Source: Bellilinea caldifistulae (GTDB lineage: Bacteria; Chloroflexota; Anaerolineae; Anaerolineales; Anaerolineaceae). Taken from it: a stretch of 32,000 nt of DNA. The first letter of the stretch is position 1; each line of letters starts with the position of its first letter. The notes under the pieces were generated by a model. That model was not told the DNA's origin, searched no databases, and worked only from the letters and a program-made list of their open reading frames with translations. A program made the translations under genes and the position numbers. Location of the stretch: assembly GCF_001306055.1 (NCBI RefSeq), contig NZ_LGHJ01000013.1:1-32000 (forward strand), in the 5' to 3' direction. This document shows, in pieces, positions 18,447 through 28,272 of this stretch.

Positions 18447-18808
18447 AGGGTCTTTTTCCCTTCTTCCAACGATTTGTGCAGACCCTTTGCACTGCTCAAC
18501 GGCCAGGACAGGAACACACCGCTATGGGGTTTTTCCAGATTGCCCACAATTTGTTCGGTTTTTTGCAGACACTGCTCGACCAACGCCTCATCCTCAACCG
18601 CCGTAAACAGGGTGATATTGCCTTCCTCAAGGATGCTTGAAACCGGCTCTACCAGAAACGTCAAATGCAGTTTCGTGCGTTTGATTTGCCGTCGGTAAAA
18701 ACCGCTGCTTTCGATGATCGTAACACCCTTAATTCCAATTTCCGACCATCCCTCCAGCAATTCGTCCAAACGGCCGGGGTCATCCAGCACAAACAAGATC
18801 ATGAACAT
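18443..18808 (-). CDS. Small PII-like (ferredoxin-fold) protein, function unknown
   Basis: 121 aa. By-eye beta-alpha-beta-beta-alpha-beta pattern (MILFVLD / GRLDELLEGWSEIG / GVTIIESSG / basic loop FYRRQIKRTKLH / ITLFTAV / EALVEQCLQKTEQIV / GVFLSWPL). AAGGAG SD. Its stop overlaps the exchanger start (ATGA at 18443-18446). Confidence 0.5.
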   Translation of the reverse strand: MFMILFVLDDPGRLDELLEGWSEIGIKGVTIIESSGFYRRQIKRTKLHLTFLVEPVSSILEEGNITLFTAVEDEALVEQCLQKTEQIVGNLEKPHSGVFLSWPLSSAKGLHKSLEEGKKTL

Positions 18809-19008
18809 ATAAAACGCTCCTTTTTTGAAAAGACAGAGGGGTTGTTGGATTACCCTGACAGATTTTCAAACCTCTGCTGCGCTGCAAGCATTGCCGAACC
18901 TGAGCGCAACCAGCAAAACACCAAACTGCCAGGACGTCAAATCTCTCACCCGTTAAGTAGCAAAAACGGTGGTCTTTCCATTTTACCGGTTTTTCGCTCA
19001 AATCCCAA

Positions 19009-19038
19009 TTACCTTGCAGGGCATTTTTACTCTATAAT
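19009..19038 (+). promoter_or_regulatory. Candidate promoter of the CBS-protein/comM genes (TTACCT-N18-TATAAT)
   Basis: Perfect TATAAT at 19033-19038 and a weak -35 TTACCT at 19009-19014. Confidence 0.3.
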
Positions 19039-19084
19039 AAATACAGGTGCTTGTCTCAACCAAAATATGAAAGGGAGGGGTATT

Positions 19085-19528
19085 ATGGAAAGCACAGTCC
19101 GGCAGATTCTGCAAAACAAGGGTACCCAAGTCTGGTCTGTTTCGCCTGATGCAACCGTCATGGAGGCACTCGAACTGATGGCGGAAAAAGACATTGGGGC
19201 AGTTCCGGTCGTCAAAGATGGCAAACTGGTCGGTATTTTTTCGGAGCGGGATTATGCCCGTCAGGCCGTCCGTCAGCGCGAAACGCTCAACCTTTTGCCT
19301 GTCTCGACTTTTATGACCACCGATGTGATCACCGTTACCCCGACACAAACCGTAAAAGATTGCATGATTTTGATGACCGCTCGAAGGATCCGCCATTTGC
19401 CGGTCATTGAAAATGAAAGTCTGGTTGGGATCATCACCATCGGCGATGTCGTCAAGACGATCATTTCCGATCAAGCTTTATTGCTGGAAGAATTAGAAAA
19501 ATATATCAGCGGGCGATATATCCGCTAA
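19085..19528 (+). CDS. CBS-pair domain protein
   Basis: 147 aa from ATG 19085 (MESTVRQILQNKGTQVW...), with GGGAGGGG SD 6 nt upstream. Two CBS repeats (...DIGAVPVVKDGKLVGIFSERD... and ...IRHLPVIENESLVGIITIGD...). The 140-aa upstream ORF-track extension has no support. Confidence 0.85.
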   Translation: MESTVRQILQNKGTQVWSVSPDATVMEALELMAEKDIGAVPVVKDGKLVGIFSERDYARQAVRQRETLNLLPVSTFMTTDVITVTPTQTVKDCMILMTARRIRHLPVIENESLVGIITIGDVVKTIISDQALLLEELEKYISGRYIR

Positions 19529-19538
19529 TTGAGTCCTC

Positions 19539-21059
19539 ATGCTTGCCAGAATTTATTCCTGCTCCATCATCGGTTTAGAAACCGCCATCGTTGAAGTTGA
19601 AGTAGATACGGGTCAGGGTCTGCCGGCGATGATCATCGTTGGATTACCCGACACCGCCGTTCAGGAATCGCGCGAGCGGGTGCAAATGGCAATTAAAAAC
19701 GCGGGGATGATTTACCCGCGTAAGCGCATCACGGTAAACCTTGCCCCAGCTTCAGTGAAAAAAGAAGGGCCGGCTTATGATTTACCGATTGCCCTGGCGG
19801 TGCTGGTCGCTACCGAGCAAATTCCTCAGGCAGCCTTCTCCAATTCACTGGTCGTGGGTGAGCTTTCACTGGATGGTGGTGTCCGCCATGTCCGCGGCAT
19901 TTTACCAATGGCAGCCGCAGCCCGGCAGTTGGGGTTTACCCGCATGTTCGTGCCGGAAGCGGACGCAGCCGAAGCCGCTTTGATTCCCGACCTGGAAATC
20001 ATCCCTGTCCGCACTATTCTCGACCTGATCAGCCATGTTAAGGGAGAAAACCCCATTTCCCCCTATCCACAGGTTGAAATCAGCGAAATTCAGGTTGAAG
20101 TTCAAACCGATTTTCAAGAGATCAAAGGGCAGGAACATGCCAAACGAGCTTTGGAAATTGCAGCAGCTGGCGGTCATAATGTTCTAATGTCCGGGCCGCC
20201 GGGCACCGGCAAAACTTTGCTTGCCCGGGCTTTACCCGCCATTTTGCCGCGCATGACCATTGACGAAGCCCTGGATGTTACCCGGATTTATTCGATAGCC
20301 GACAAATTACCCCGTGATGTTCCGCTCGTCCGCAGTCGCCCCTTCCGCGCTCCCCATCACACCATTTCTCATGCCGGCCTGGTTGGCGGGGGCAATACCC
20401 CTCACCCCGGTGAGATCTCCCTTGCCCATCGGGGTGTGCTGTTTCTGGACGAGCTCCCCGAATTTGGTATGCGGGTACTGGAGGTTTTACGCCAGCCTTT
20501 AGAAGACAAAATCGTCACCATCAGCCGTGCCCAGGGTTCGCTCACCTTTCCGGCTAATTTCCAGCTGGTGGCTGCAATGAATCCCTGCCCTTGCGGGAAT
20601 TACGGTGACCCGGTCAAAGCATGCACCTGCTCCCCCTCTACGATTACCAAATACCAGAAGCGCATTTCCGGACCGCTCCTCGACCGCATTGACATTTTCA
20701 TCGAAGTGCCGCGTATTGATTACGAAAAATTGAGCGATAAACGGCAAGGAGAACCCTCTGAGGTGGTGCGCAACCGAGTCGAAGCCGCTCGTCAAATTCA
20801 ACGCGAACGCTTCAAAGAGGATGGTCTTTCCTGCAATGCCGACATGCGCCCGGCAGAGATTCGGAAATACTGCATTCTGGATGAAACCGGCACCAACCTG
20901 ATGCGTACCGCCATGCAGCAATTTCAGCTTTCAGCCCGGGCTTATCACCGGATTTTAAAGCTGGCACGCACCATTGCCGACCTAGCCGGCAGCCCCAACA
21001 TTCAAACTGCCCATCTGGCAGAAGCGCTTCAATACCGCCACCGCAATTTGCTCAATTAA
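19539..21059 (+). CDS. comM: YifB/ComM family Mg-chelatase-like AAA+ ATPase
   Basis: 506 aa. N-terminal Lon-protease-like domain (...[23 protein letters not shown]...). Walker A GPPGTGKT. Walker [11 protein letters not shown]. Zn-cysteine cluster [18 protein letters not shown]. Confidence 0.9.
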   Translation: MLARIYSCSIIGLETAIVEVEVDTGQGLPAMIIVGLPDTAVQESRERVQMAIKNAGMIYPRKRITVNLAPASVKKEGPAYDLPIALAVLVATEQIPQAAFSNSLVVGELSLDGGVRHVRGILPMAAAARQLGFTRMFVPEADAAEAALIPDLEIIPVRTILDLISHVKGENPISPYPQVEISEIQVEVQTDFQEIKGQEHAKRALEIAAAGGHNVLMSGPPGTGKTLLARALPAILPRMTIDEALDVTRIYSIADKLPRDVPLVRSRPFRAPHHTISHAGLVGGGNTPHPGEISLAHRGVLFLDELPEFGMRVLEVLRQPLEDKIVTISRAQGSLTFPANFQLVAAMNPCPCGNYGDPVKACTCSPSTITKYQKRISGPLLDRIDIFIEVPRIDYEKLSDKRQGEPSEVVRNRVEAARQIQRERFKEDGLSCNADMRPAEIRKYCILDETGTNLMRTAMQQFQLSARAYHRILKLARTIADLAGSPNIQTAHLAEALQYRHRNLLN

Positions 21060-21817
21060 TTGGAACGCCGGTCTGATTCGATCAAAATTCGGATGGCCTC
21101 TACCGCCACCTGAATCATCAGGTCGGGAGAGGTCTTCTGGTTGATCAGGGTGGCCGTGTCGCTGCCGATCACCGTCATTACTCCGCCCGCCCGCTTGCGG
21201 TAAATAGATGAAAGGACAAAAATCGCAGCCGCCTCCATCTCCGAACAAATGGCGCCGCCGGCTACCCACGCATTCCAGCGTGCCTTCAACTCCGCTGCAA
21301 TCGGCATCCGATCCGGCTCTACCTCGCCGTAAAATGAATCCTTGGTATGGGAAATACCCACAAAGTATCGAGCGCCAAGGCGCGAGGCTGCCTCAACCAG
21401 GGCGTTGACAACCGTCACATCTGCAACCGCTGGAAATTCAATCGGTAAATACTGGCGGGTGGTACCTTCATCCCGAATTGCGCCGGTGACGATCGCAAGG
21501 TCGCCCAGTTGCATGCCCGGTTGCATTGCACCGGATGTGCCAACCCGAATGAACGTATCTGCACCCACCGCAATCAGCTCCTCTACGGCGATGGCTGTCG
21601 AAGGGCAGCCCATGCCGGTGGAAACCACCGAAACCAGTTCGCCGTTGAGTTTTCCCGTATAAACCGTGTGCTCCCGATTTGAGGAAATAAAACAGGGTTC
21701 ATCCAGAAAGCGGGCGATTTTTTCAACCCTGCCCGGATCACCCGGTAGGAGAACATAACGACCCACATCCCCGCGTTTTACCTTCACATGATATTGAAGT
21801 CCATCATGATCCTGCAT
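21056..21817 (-). CDS. udp: Uridine phosphorylase (PNP_UDP_1 family)
   Basis: 253 aa from the internal ATG 21815-21817 ([11 protein letters not shown]...), with AAGAGG SD 6 nt upstream. Blocks [38 protein letters not shown] and SEMEAAA closely follow my recollection of E. coli Udp. Confidence 0.8.
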   Translation of the reverse strand: MQDHDGLQYHVKVKRGDVGRYVLLPGDPGRVEKIARFLDEPCFISSNREHTVYTGKLNGELVSVVSTGMGCPSTAIAVEELIAVGADTFIRVGTSGAMQPGMQLGDLAIVTGAIRDEGTTRQYLPIEFPAVADVTVVNALVEAASRLGARYFVGISHTKDSFYGEVEPDRMPIAAELKARWNAWVAGGAICSEMEAAAIFVLSSIYRKRAGGVMTVIGSDTATLINQKTSPDLMIQVAVEAIRILIESDRRSN

Positions 21818-21984
21818 AATTAACCTCTTGTTTGTGAGATGGATTTTTATTGTATCATCAATTGAATACTTGCATATTTTCTTCGAATCAGGCTCTTTTG
21901 GACTAACCATATGTATAATGCAGGTAGACGGTCATGGTTGGAAAACCTGACCTTGGGTAGCCGGTCAAGGAAAGGAGTTTTTCC

Positions 21985-22194
21985 ATGGGTAGTGGATCAA
22001 ATCGCAAGGGGGAAATTTTTTTCCTTTTGATAATTGGAATTGCCTTTGCGCTGCTGCTCTATTTCGGCTCTGATTTTGGCAGCGGATTCAGTTTTGGGAA
22101 AAGTGCCGGCTGGGATCCTTTCACTCCCATTCTCAAGGGCTTATCAGGGTTGGGGCAGGCTATCACCCAGTCGTTCTCCAGAATTCTCCCATGA
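21985..22194 (+). CDS. Small (69-aa) hypothetical membrane protein, Gly/Ser/Phe-rich tail
   Basis: Strong SD (GGAAAGGAG) 7 nt upstream. One hydrophobic helix (IFFLLIIGIAFALLLYF). TATAAT at 21914-21919 upstream. I recognise no family. Confidence 0.45.
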   Translation: MGSGSNRKGEIFFLLIIGIAFALLLYFGSDFGSGFSFGKSAGWDPFTPILKGLSGLGQAITQSFSRILP

Positions 22195-22239
22195 ACCAGA
22201 TTGAACCGCCCAACCGCTTAGATTCAGTTTTCGTCAACC

Positions 22240-22248
22240 TGTTATAAT
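22240..22248 (+). promoter_or_regulatory. Candidate extended -10 promoter (TGtTATAAT) of the flavin-reductase-like gene
   Basis: TG at 22240-22241, one spacer nt, then TATAAT at 22243-22248, about 40 nt upstream of ATG 22287. No good -35. Confidence 0.35.
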
Positions 22249-22286
22249 TGCCGGAGGCTGTGTTAGCCTGAAGATTAGGAGATAAC

Positions 22287-22811
22287 ATGCAGCGTACACC
22301 TCTCTCTCCCGAAACATTGCGGGTTCGAATTTACGACTTGTGGGAAAATGATTGGCTACTCCTCACTGCCGGGGATTATTCATCCGGTAAATTCAATGCG
22401 ATGACCGTCTCGTGGGGCAGTCTTGGTTCGCTTTGGGGTAAACCTTACGCGCAAGTGTTTATCCGACCGACCCGTTATACCTACAAATTCTGCAATGAGT
22501 ATGATACCTTCACCCTGTGCGCCTTCCCCGCCCAATACCGCAAAGCCCTTTCTTTAATCGGCTCACGATCCGGTAAGGATGCCGATAAAATTGCCCAGGC
22601 TGGCTTATCCCCGCAACCAGCTCAGGTAGTTGCTGCTCCAGTCTTTGCCGAAGCCTCTCTGGCCATTGAGTGTCGGAAAATCTACTGGGCAGATTTTAAT
22701 CCTGATAATTTTCTGGATGAGAGTATCCAATCTCATTACCCAAATAAAGATTATCATCGCATTTTTTACGGAGAAATTTTATTCATCAGCGCGACTGATG
22801 CGTACCGATAA
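22287..22811 (+). CDS. Flavin-reductase-like (FMN-binding split-barrel) domain protein
   Basis: 174 aa. AGGAG SD. ...LLLTAGDYSSGKFNAMTVSWGSLGSLWGKP...FIRPTRYT... resembles the Flavin_Reduct family pattern. Confidence 0.65.
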   Translation: MQRTPLSPETLRVRIYDLWENDWLLLTAGDYSSGKFNAMTVSWGSLGSLWGKPYAQVFIRPTRYTYKFCNEYDTFTLCAFPAQYRKALSLIGSRSGKDADKIAQAGLSPQPAQVVAAPVFAEASLAIECRKIYWADFNPDNFLDESIQSHYPNKDYHRIFYGEILFISATDAYR

Positions 22812-22845
22812 AAAACCTTTTCAAAGAGGATTAATCTTCTGATCC

Positions 22846-24159
22846 ATGGATGATTTATCAATTTTTCCCAACAGCACCTCAATCAACCAAAATGGTCACC
22901 TGGCAATTGCAGGGCATGATTTGGTGGATCTTGCCAATCAGTACGGCACACCATTGTACCTCTATGATGCAGCCACTGTCCGCGCGCAAATTGACCGCCT
23001 GCACCGCCTCTTCAAGCGTTATTATCCCGGCGAAGCCCTTCTGGCGTATGCCAGTAAAGCCTATCTCTCTTTTCAATTCGCAAAAAAACTGGCGAAGTAC
23101 GGCGTTGGGTTAGATGTGGTCAGTTTGGGAGAAATCCACATCGCTCAAACAGCTGGTTTTCAGCCGTCGGTGGTTCACCTTCATGGGAACAACAAAAGCG
23201 AAGCTGAATTGCAAGCCGCATTGGACTGGGCAATTCAGGCAATTGTCGTGGACAATCTGGAAGAATTGGAATTACTGGAACAGATGGCCTCTCACAGCCA
23301 AAAGCGAGTACGCATCTGGCTGCGTATCACCCCAGACCTGAGTGTGGACACACACCCACACATTCAAACTGCCCATCTGGATAGCAAATTTGGACTGCAT
23401 TTAGAAAACGGCGAGGCAGATGAAGCTCTACAGCGGAGTTTATCCAGTCCGTGGTTGGAACTGAGCGGGATTCATGCTCATTTGGGTTCACAAATTTTCG
23501 ATACTGAGCCATATCGGCTGGCCATTGAACGTTTGTGCGAATTCGCCGCCAAAAATAATTACATACCCGCAGAAATTAGTCCCGGCGGAGGGTGGGGTGT
23601 CCGTTATACACCCGAAGACCCCGATGATGACCCCGAGCAATGGGTAAGAACCGTTTCCGGCGCCATGCAAGAAGCCGCCATCCGCCATGACTGGCCGTAT
23701 CCTCGTCTGGTACTGGAACCCGGGCGCTGGCTGATTGCTCGCGCTGGGATAGCCATTTATCGGGTGGGAAATCAAAAGACCACACCTGCCCAAACTCATC
23801 TGGTTGCGATTGACGGAGGATTGGCGGATAATCCCCGGGTTGCTCTTTATCAGGCCCGCTACATCGCAAAAGTAGTGGAACGGGCGGCTGAACCAGCCAC
23901 TCAAACCGTACGAATTGTTGGAAAATTCTGCGAATCCGGTGATGTGCTCATTCCACAGGTCAATTTACCCCCCCTCCAACGCGGAGATCATCTGGCCATT
24001 CCCGCTTCTGGGGCTTATCAATTAAGTATGGCTTCCAATTATAACTACGCTGCCCGCCCAACCGTCTTGTGGTTGGAACAAGGGCAGATTGAGATACTCC
24101 AGCAACGCGAACAGCCTGACCAATCCAGCTGGCTGGTATATTCCGAGGGAAAACACTAA
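22846..24159 (+). CDS. lysA: Diaminopimelate decarboxylase
   Basis: 437 aa. ...GTPLYLYD..., PLP-lysine region LAYASKAY, ...HAHLGSQI..., ...EPGRWLIA... and ...CESGD... blocks of group IV decarboxylases. Confidence 0.9.
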   Translation: MDDLSIFPNSTSINQNGHLAIAGHDLVDLANQYGTPLYLYDAATVRAQIDRLHRLFKRYYPGEALLAYASKAYLSFQFAKKLAKYGVGLDVVSLGEIHIAQTAGFQPSVVHLHGNNKSEAELQAALDWAIQAIVVDNLEELELLEQMASHSQKRVRIWLRITPDLSVDTHPHIQTAHLDSKFGLHLENGEADEALQRSLSSPWLELSGIHAHLGSQIFDTEPYRLAIERLCEFAAKNNYIPAEISPGGGWGVRYTPEDPDDDPEQWVRTVSGAMQEAAIRHDWPYPRLVLEPGRWLIARAGIAIYRVGNQKTTPAQTHLVAIDGGLADNPRVALYQARYIAKVVERAAEPATQTVRIVGKFCESGDVLIPQVNLPPLQRGDHLAIPASGAYQLSMASNYNYAARPTVLWLEQGQIEILQQREQPDQSSWLVYSEGKH

Positions 24160-24162
24160 CCC

Positions 24163-25095
24163 TCAAGGCAGCGTAGTCGCCAACACCGGCTGTGGCCATT
24201 CGATTACCAGCGGGCGGGTGTAACCATGTTTTTCAGCCGCAATCAGCCGGGCGCGGGAAGGCTCCGCACAACCTGCCTCATCCCGAATAGTCACCTGAGT
24301 CAGGTAAGTGCCGGCCGGTTGAAAAACCATTTGACCGCTTTGACAAACCCACGCTTCAACAATGTAGGGCGTCTGTTCTGAATCGTCCCCTGCTCGCAGG
24401 TTGAGGGCAGCCCATTCTACCCTAACCTCATCCCCGTTTCGCTCAGCGCGAACCCATGTCGGTGGAGCATAATAAGGTGAGATTGGCAATTTGACCTCAA
24501 AAGGATGCACCGGTTGGAGAGCATTCACATCACCCCGTATGTCCATGTAATCCATCCTCACCCAACACGGGTTATTACCGCCAATTGCCTGCACTTCAAT
24601 ATAATTCCCGCCTTCCACTCGCCTTAAAATTTCCAAATTACTGCCGGCATAAACCCCGTATTTGTAAAGGTACGGCGCACCTGGCCCGTAATGACAGACC
24701 GCCTGCGCGATGGTCACTTTTCCCCTTAACTTAACATAGGTAGGCAGGGGCGTAACAGTAAAAGTGGTGGTAAAGCTTGGTGTGACTGTCAAGGTGAAAG
24801 TTGGTGAAAATGAAGGTGAAATCGTTATGGTGAAGGTTTTTGAAGGCTGGACAGTGGCTGAGAGTAAGGGAGTTGCTGGGGAAACCTGCAACACCATACT
24901 CTGTTCAGCCACTGACGGAGTGGCGGGGTTCACTGGAGCAGGTGGTAATGGCGTGGTGGTACAGGCAGCCAAAACCAGGACGAGAACACAACCCAAAAAG
25001 CCAATCCGAGAGCGCTCAGGCCTGAGCGCTCTCGGACTTGATTGCCTTGAATTAGCGGGTAAGGCTAGCACTCGCTGTAACCACAAGCGTAGCAC
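24163..25095 (-). CDS. Predicted lipoprotein with Thr/Phe/Ser/Pro-rich linker and SH3-like/Ig-like C-terminal part; start uncertain
   Basis: 310-aa ORF. Basic n-region plus lipobox VLAAC (Cys45, nt 24961-24963). GTG candidates at 25095 and 25071 both overlap the nrdJ 3' end (stop at 25065-25067). Probably co-transcribed with nrdJ. Confidence 0.6.
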   Translation of the reverse strand: MLRLWLQRVLALPANSRQSSPRALRPERSRIGFLGCVLVLVLAACTTTPLPPAPVNPATPSVAEQSMVLQVSPATPLLSATVQPSKTFTITISPSFSPTFTLTVTPSFTTTFTVTPLPTYVKLRGKVTIAQAVCHYGPGAPYLYKYGVYAGSNLEILRRVEGGNYIEVQAIGGNNPCWVRMDYMDIRGDVNALQPVHPFEVKLPISPYYAPPTWVRAERNGDEVRVEWAALNLRAGDDSEQTPYIVEAWVCQSGQMVFQPAGTYLTQVTIRDEAGCAEPSRARLIAAEKHGYTRPLVIEWPQPVLATTLP

Positions 25096-27683
25096 TTGCG
25101 GCAGCCCTCCTCGTTAATGACAGCTGCTTCACCGCACTCCGGGCATAAATCCCCAAAACGCAGCAGTTTCTGACCAACCGGCGGGGTGTCACCCTTTTCT
25201 GCGGCGCTGCGGTGACCGTTGCCCGGTGCAGCCGGTTCTTTGTTCGCTTTATCCTGTTGCGAAACCAACCGCTCGGCGCGAATTTGTAAATATTCGTCCA
25301 GAATCTGCCCAACCCCGTCCGGTAAGGAACGTACCCGGTTCGGCCCAAATCCCAATGAACGTCCCCCGCCAATTCCGAGCAGTTGATTTGCAGCCTCACG
25401 CAGCCGCCGTGCCGGTTCAATCGGAGAGGCAAGGCGTAAGATGTAGGAAAGCAATCTTCCAATCGCCTCCGACACAGCCGCCGTATCTGAACCAGCCTTG
25501 GCCGTGTTGATGAACACCTCAAACGGTTGACTGCCGCCGTTTTCATTGACGGTAATGAAGGCTTTACCCAACGGTGTATCTATCGAATATGTGAATCCGG
25601 TCAGGTAACGTGGACGCGGCTTTTTGGTTTCATGCCAGATGGTTAATTGATCCTCAACTTTTTCTGCCAGGGCAGGCTGGGGTTTTTCCTCCTCGCTTCC
25701 CGCCTGTTTTTTCTTTGCGGTGGAGAGAGTTTCCAAAACGACTTTTTCCCGGGAACCGGTCACATACACCGTAATCCCCTTGCAGCCCAACTTCCAGGCA
25801 AGATGATAGGCAATTGCCACATCTTCCACTGTGGCTCCTTCGGGGAAGTTGATCGTCTTCGAGAGGGAATTATCCACAAAGGCCTGCATGGCAGCCTGCA
25901 TTCGTACATGTTCTTCTGCGGTAATATCGCCCGAAACAACAAAGACCCGTTTTATTTCTTCAGGTACAGATTCAACCCGCTGACAGGAGCCTTCCAGCAT
26001 GACTTGCTCAATAATCTCCTGGCGTTTTTCCGGCTCGATGCCGGCTTTGATTAACGCCTGCTCAAATTGCGGGCTGGCATAGGTCAGCTGTAAATCTTTG
26101 CCGTTATCGTTGACATGGCGGATGTAAGCCAGCGCAAATGCCGGTTCACAACCGTACCCCTCACAGCCTGCCACGGTTGCAATGGTACCGGTGGGAGCGA
26201 TAGTCGTTTGGGCTGCGTTGCGGATGCCATGGATGCGGATCTGATCCACCAGCCAGTCCCAATCCACTGCTGGGCGTCCCCAATCCCGTTCATAGGGGAA
26301 AAGCGGCCTGGGAGGTGACCAGCGCATATTTTCGGAATCGTAAATAGAACCTTTGATCGCCGGAAACGGGCCGCGTTCTTTTGCCATCTCCACCGAAGTA
26401 ATCATGGCATGGTAACGGACAAACTCCATCACCTGGGCAGCAAATTCCTGCCCCTCCGGCGATCCATAACGCACCCCGCAGTGGTACATCAAATCTGCCA
26501 GCCCCATAATGCCCAGCCCAATTCGTCGGGCGCGGTGCGCTGCCTCTTTGAGCTGGGGGACTGCTGGCACATACTGATTGGCTTCTACCACATCATCCAG
26601 AAAGCGGGTTGCGGTAACCACCGATTGCCGCAAGGCTTCCCAGTCCACCTTTCCATCCGGCGCAAAATGCTGAGCCAGATTGACCGAACCCAAACAGCAA
26701 TTTTCGTAAGGGCCCAGCCATTGTTCACCGCACGGATTGGTGGCTTCCAGCGGATATAAGTGAGGTACAGGATTGCTCCGGTTGGCTGCATCCAAAAACA
26801 GCACCCCCGGTTCCCCATTGTGATGAGCCTGCCGCACAATCTTATCAAATAGGTCTCTTGCGCGCACCTTTTTATAAGTCACCAGCGGAACACCGGCTTC
26901 CACCAATTGTTCCAGCGTCCCTTTCACCTGCCGATAAAGAGGAGAATGGACATCCGGGAAACGCAACTCCCATTCTTCATCGTTTTCAACCGCGCGCATG
27001 AAGTCATCTGTTATTCCAACGGAAATATTGAAATTGGTAATGGCATTCTCATCGGTTTTACAGGTAATAAATTCCTCAACATCCGGATGATCCACACGCA
27101 AAACAGCCATGTTGGCGCCGCGGCGGGTACCGCCCTGGGCAATTTCACCAAATGCGTGGTCATAAACTCGTAAAAACCCTACCGGACCGGTTGCCTGCCC
27201 AGCAGAGGACTTGACCATCGAGCCTTTTGGGCGTAACCGCGAGAAGGAAAAGCCATTGCCGCCTCCGGTTTGCTGAATCAAGGCAGCATCCCGTAAGGTT
27301 TGGAAAATGCCGGAAGCATCCCGCCCCATATCATCATTAATCGGCAGCACAAAGCACGCTGCCAGCTGCCCAAGCGGAGTGCCAGCTCCGGTGAAAGTGG
27401 GCGAGTTTGGGAAGAACTTTTTGCTGGTGAGGAGGATGTAAAATTCACGCGCCCGGCTCATCACATCACTATCCCACTGTTCCTCAACCCTGGCTACATG
27501 ATAAGCCACCCGCCAGAACATGTCCTCAACGCTCTCGCACGGTTTTCCGTCATCGCCTCGCCGTACATAACGGCGGATCAGCACCTGTCGGGCATTTTCG
27601 GTTAATTCGACTTTGGGAAGATCTTTGGGACGAGGGGGTGTTGGCAGCAAGCCATTTTTAGTGATTTGTTGTTGAGTTTGCAT
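25065..27683 (-). CDS. nrdJ: Adenosylcobalamin-dependent (class II) ribonucleotide reductase
   Basis: 872 aa. Active-site block [11 protein letters not shown]. ...[15 protein letters not shown]... and ...[12 protein letters not shown]... C-terminal Zn-ribbon CPECG...CRKCYACG. Confidence 0.95.
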   Translation of the reverse strand: MQTQQQITKNGLLPTPPRPKDLPKVELTENARQVLIRRYVRRGDDGKPCESVEDMFWRVAYHVARVEEQWDSDVMSRAREFYILLTSKKFFPNSPTFTGAGTPLGQLAACFVLPINDDMGRDASGIFQTLRDAALIQQTGGGNGFSFSRLRPKGSMVKSSAGQATGPVGFLRVYDHAFGEIAQGGTRRGANMAVLRVDHPDVEEFITCKTDENAITNFNISVGITDDFMRAVENDEEWELRFPDVHSPLYRQVKGTLEQLVEAGVPLVTYKKVRARDLFDKIVRQAHHNGEPGVLFLDAANRSNPVPHLYPLEATNPCGEQWLGPYENCCLGSVNLAQHFAPDGKVDWEALRQSVVTATRFLDDVVEANQYVPAVPQLKEAAHRARRIGLGIMGLADLMYHCGVRYGSPEGQEFAAQVMEFVRYHAMITSVEMAKERGPFPAIKGSIYDSENMRWSPPRPLFPYERDWGRPAVDWDWLVDQIRIHGIRNAAQTTIAPTGTIATVAGCEGYGCEPAFALAYIRHVNDNGKDLQLTYASPQFEQALIKAGIEPEKRQEIIEQVMLEGSCQRVESVPEEIKRVFVVSGDITAEEHVRMQAAMQAFVDNSLSKTINFPEGATVEDVAIAYHLAWKLGCKGITVYVTGSREKVVLETLSTAKKKQAGSEEEKPQPALAEKVEDQLTIWHETKKPRPRYLTGFTYSIDTPLGKAFITVNENGGSQPFEVFINTAKAGSDTAAVSEAIGRLLSYILRLASPIEPARRLREAANQLLGIGGGRSLGFGPNRVRSLPDGVGQILDEYLQIRAERLVSQQDKANKEPAAPGNGHRSAAEKGDTPPVGQKLLRFGDLCPECGEAAVINEEGCRKCYACGYSEC

Positions 27684-27699
27684 GATATCCTCCTGTAAA

Positions 27700-28152
27700 T
27701 TATGAACCTTCTAAAAGACGGTCAATTTCTTTGCGAATGGCGTGCAAATCGTTCAAGTTCAAGTAGACAATCGCATAGCGAATATAAGCCAGTTGATCCA
27801 GTTCCTTCAGACCGGCAATTACCATGTCTCCCACCACACGGGAAGAGACCTCCGCCCGCCCCATTTGTTGCAGGGACGATTCGATTTCGCCAACCAATCG
27901 TTCGATCTCCGCCGCAGAAACGGGCCGTTTGGCACAGGCAATTCGAATACCGCGCATCAACTTTTCACGATCGAATTCTTCGCGGGTTCCATCTCGCTTG
28001 ACAACCAACGGCGTGGCGAGAATCGCTCTTTCATAGGTCGAAAACCGCTGGCCACACTTTTCGCACTCCCGGCGGCGACGGATTCCACCCCGCTGGTCGT
28101 GAGTAGTATCCAGAACCCTCGATTGTTCATAATGACAATATGGGCAACGCAA
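27700..28152 (-). CDS. nrdR: Transcriptional repressor NrdR (Zn-ribbon + ATP-cone), TTG start
   Basis: 150 aa if initiated at TTG 28150-28152, giving (M)[15 protein letters not shown]...[21 protein letters not shown] ends 4 nt upstream of that TTG. The ATP-cone follows. Stop lies 16 nt before the nrdJ start. Confidence 0.9.
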   Translation of the reverse strand: MRCPYCHYEQSRVLDTTHDQRGGIRRRRECEKCGQRFSTYERAILATPLVVKRDGTREEFDREKLMRGIRIACAKRPVSAAEIERLVGEIESSLQQMGRAEVSSRVVGDMVIAGLKELDQLAYIRYAIVYLNLNDLHAIRKEIDRLLEGS

Positions 28153-28256
28153 TGAACTCCTCCATCTTATGCTGATTTTTGGAAAAAGACTCACACACCA
28201 ATCCCCCTTAAACCTCCGAGCCTGATCTTCCTCACACTCTTTTTTCGGAAAACACA

Positions 28257-28272
28257 CCCCCATATATGGGGG
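28257..28272. promoter_or_regulatory. Perfect 16-bp palindrome CCCCCATATATGGGGG, candidate NrdR box/operator
   Basis: Read directly from the sequence. It lies 105-120 nt upstream of the nrdR TTG. The AT-rich core and C/G at +/-4 match the general NrdR-box architecture, but the outer arms differ from the commonly cited consensus. Confidence 0.45.

Noticed and set aside
18665-19084. A 140-codon extension upstream of the CBS-pair protein.
   Set aside because: The extension crosses the divergent promoter region and the 5' end of the opposite-strand gene. A strong SD (GGGAGGGG) and a TATAAT box precede the ATG at 19085. The CBS-pair domain begins right there.
21818-21910. A 31-codon extension of udp. 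Likewise the 37-codon extension of nrdR (28153-28263) and the 5-codon GTG extension at 16535.
   Set aside because: Internal starts have proper SD spacing and give proteins of canonical length and N-termini: a 253-aa Udp, and NrdR beginning (M)RCPYC. The extensions have no SD and no family similarity.
22318-22332. A tRNA T-arm-like word, GGGTTCGAAT.
   Set aside because: It lies inside the flavin-reductase-like CDS. It has no matching acceptor, D or anticodon arms around it, and the T-loop is not closed by the complementary GAACC-type strand.
24745-24840. Repeated GGTGAA/GGTGTG units as a possible tandem repeat or CRISPR-like array.
   Set aside because: The units are short, imperfect and in-frame within a CDS. 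They encode the Thr/Phe/Ser/Pro linker of the lipoprotein. There is no spacer/repeat architecture anywhere in the window.
25065-27683. A possible intein or a B12 riboswitch associated with the large (872-aa) class II RNR.
   Set aside because: There are no intein splice-junction blocks: no C/S-start block with a terminal HN-C/S/T, and the only HHN is the conserved RNR HHNGEP motif. The extra length is explained by the C-terminal linker plus Zn-ribbon. No B12-box-like sequence lies upstream of nrdR or nrdJ, and nrdJ is separated from nrdR by only 16 nt.
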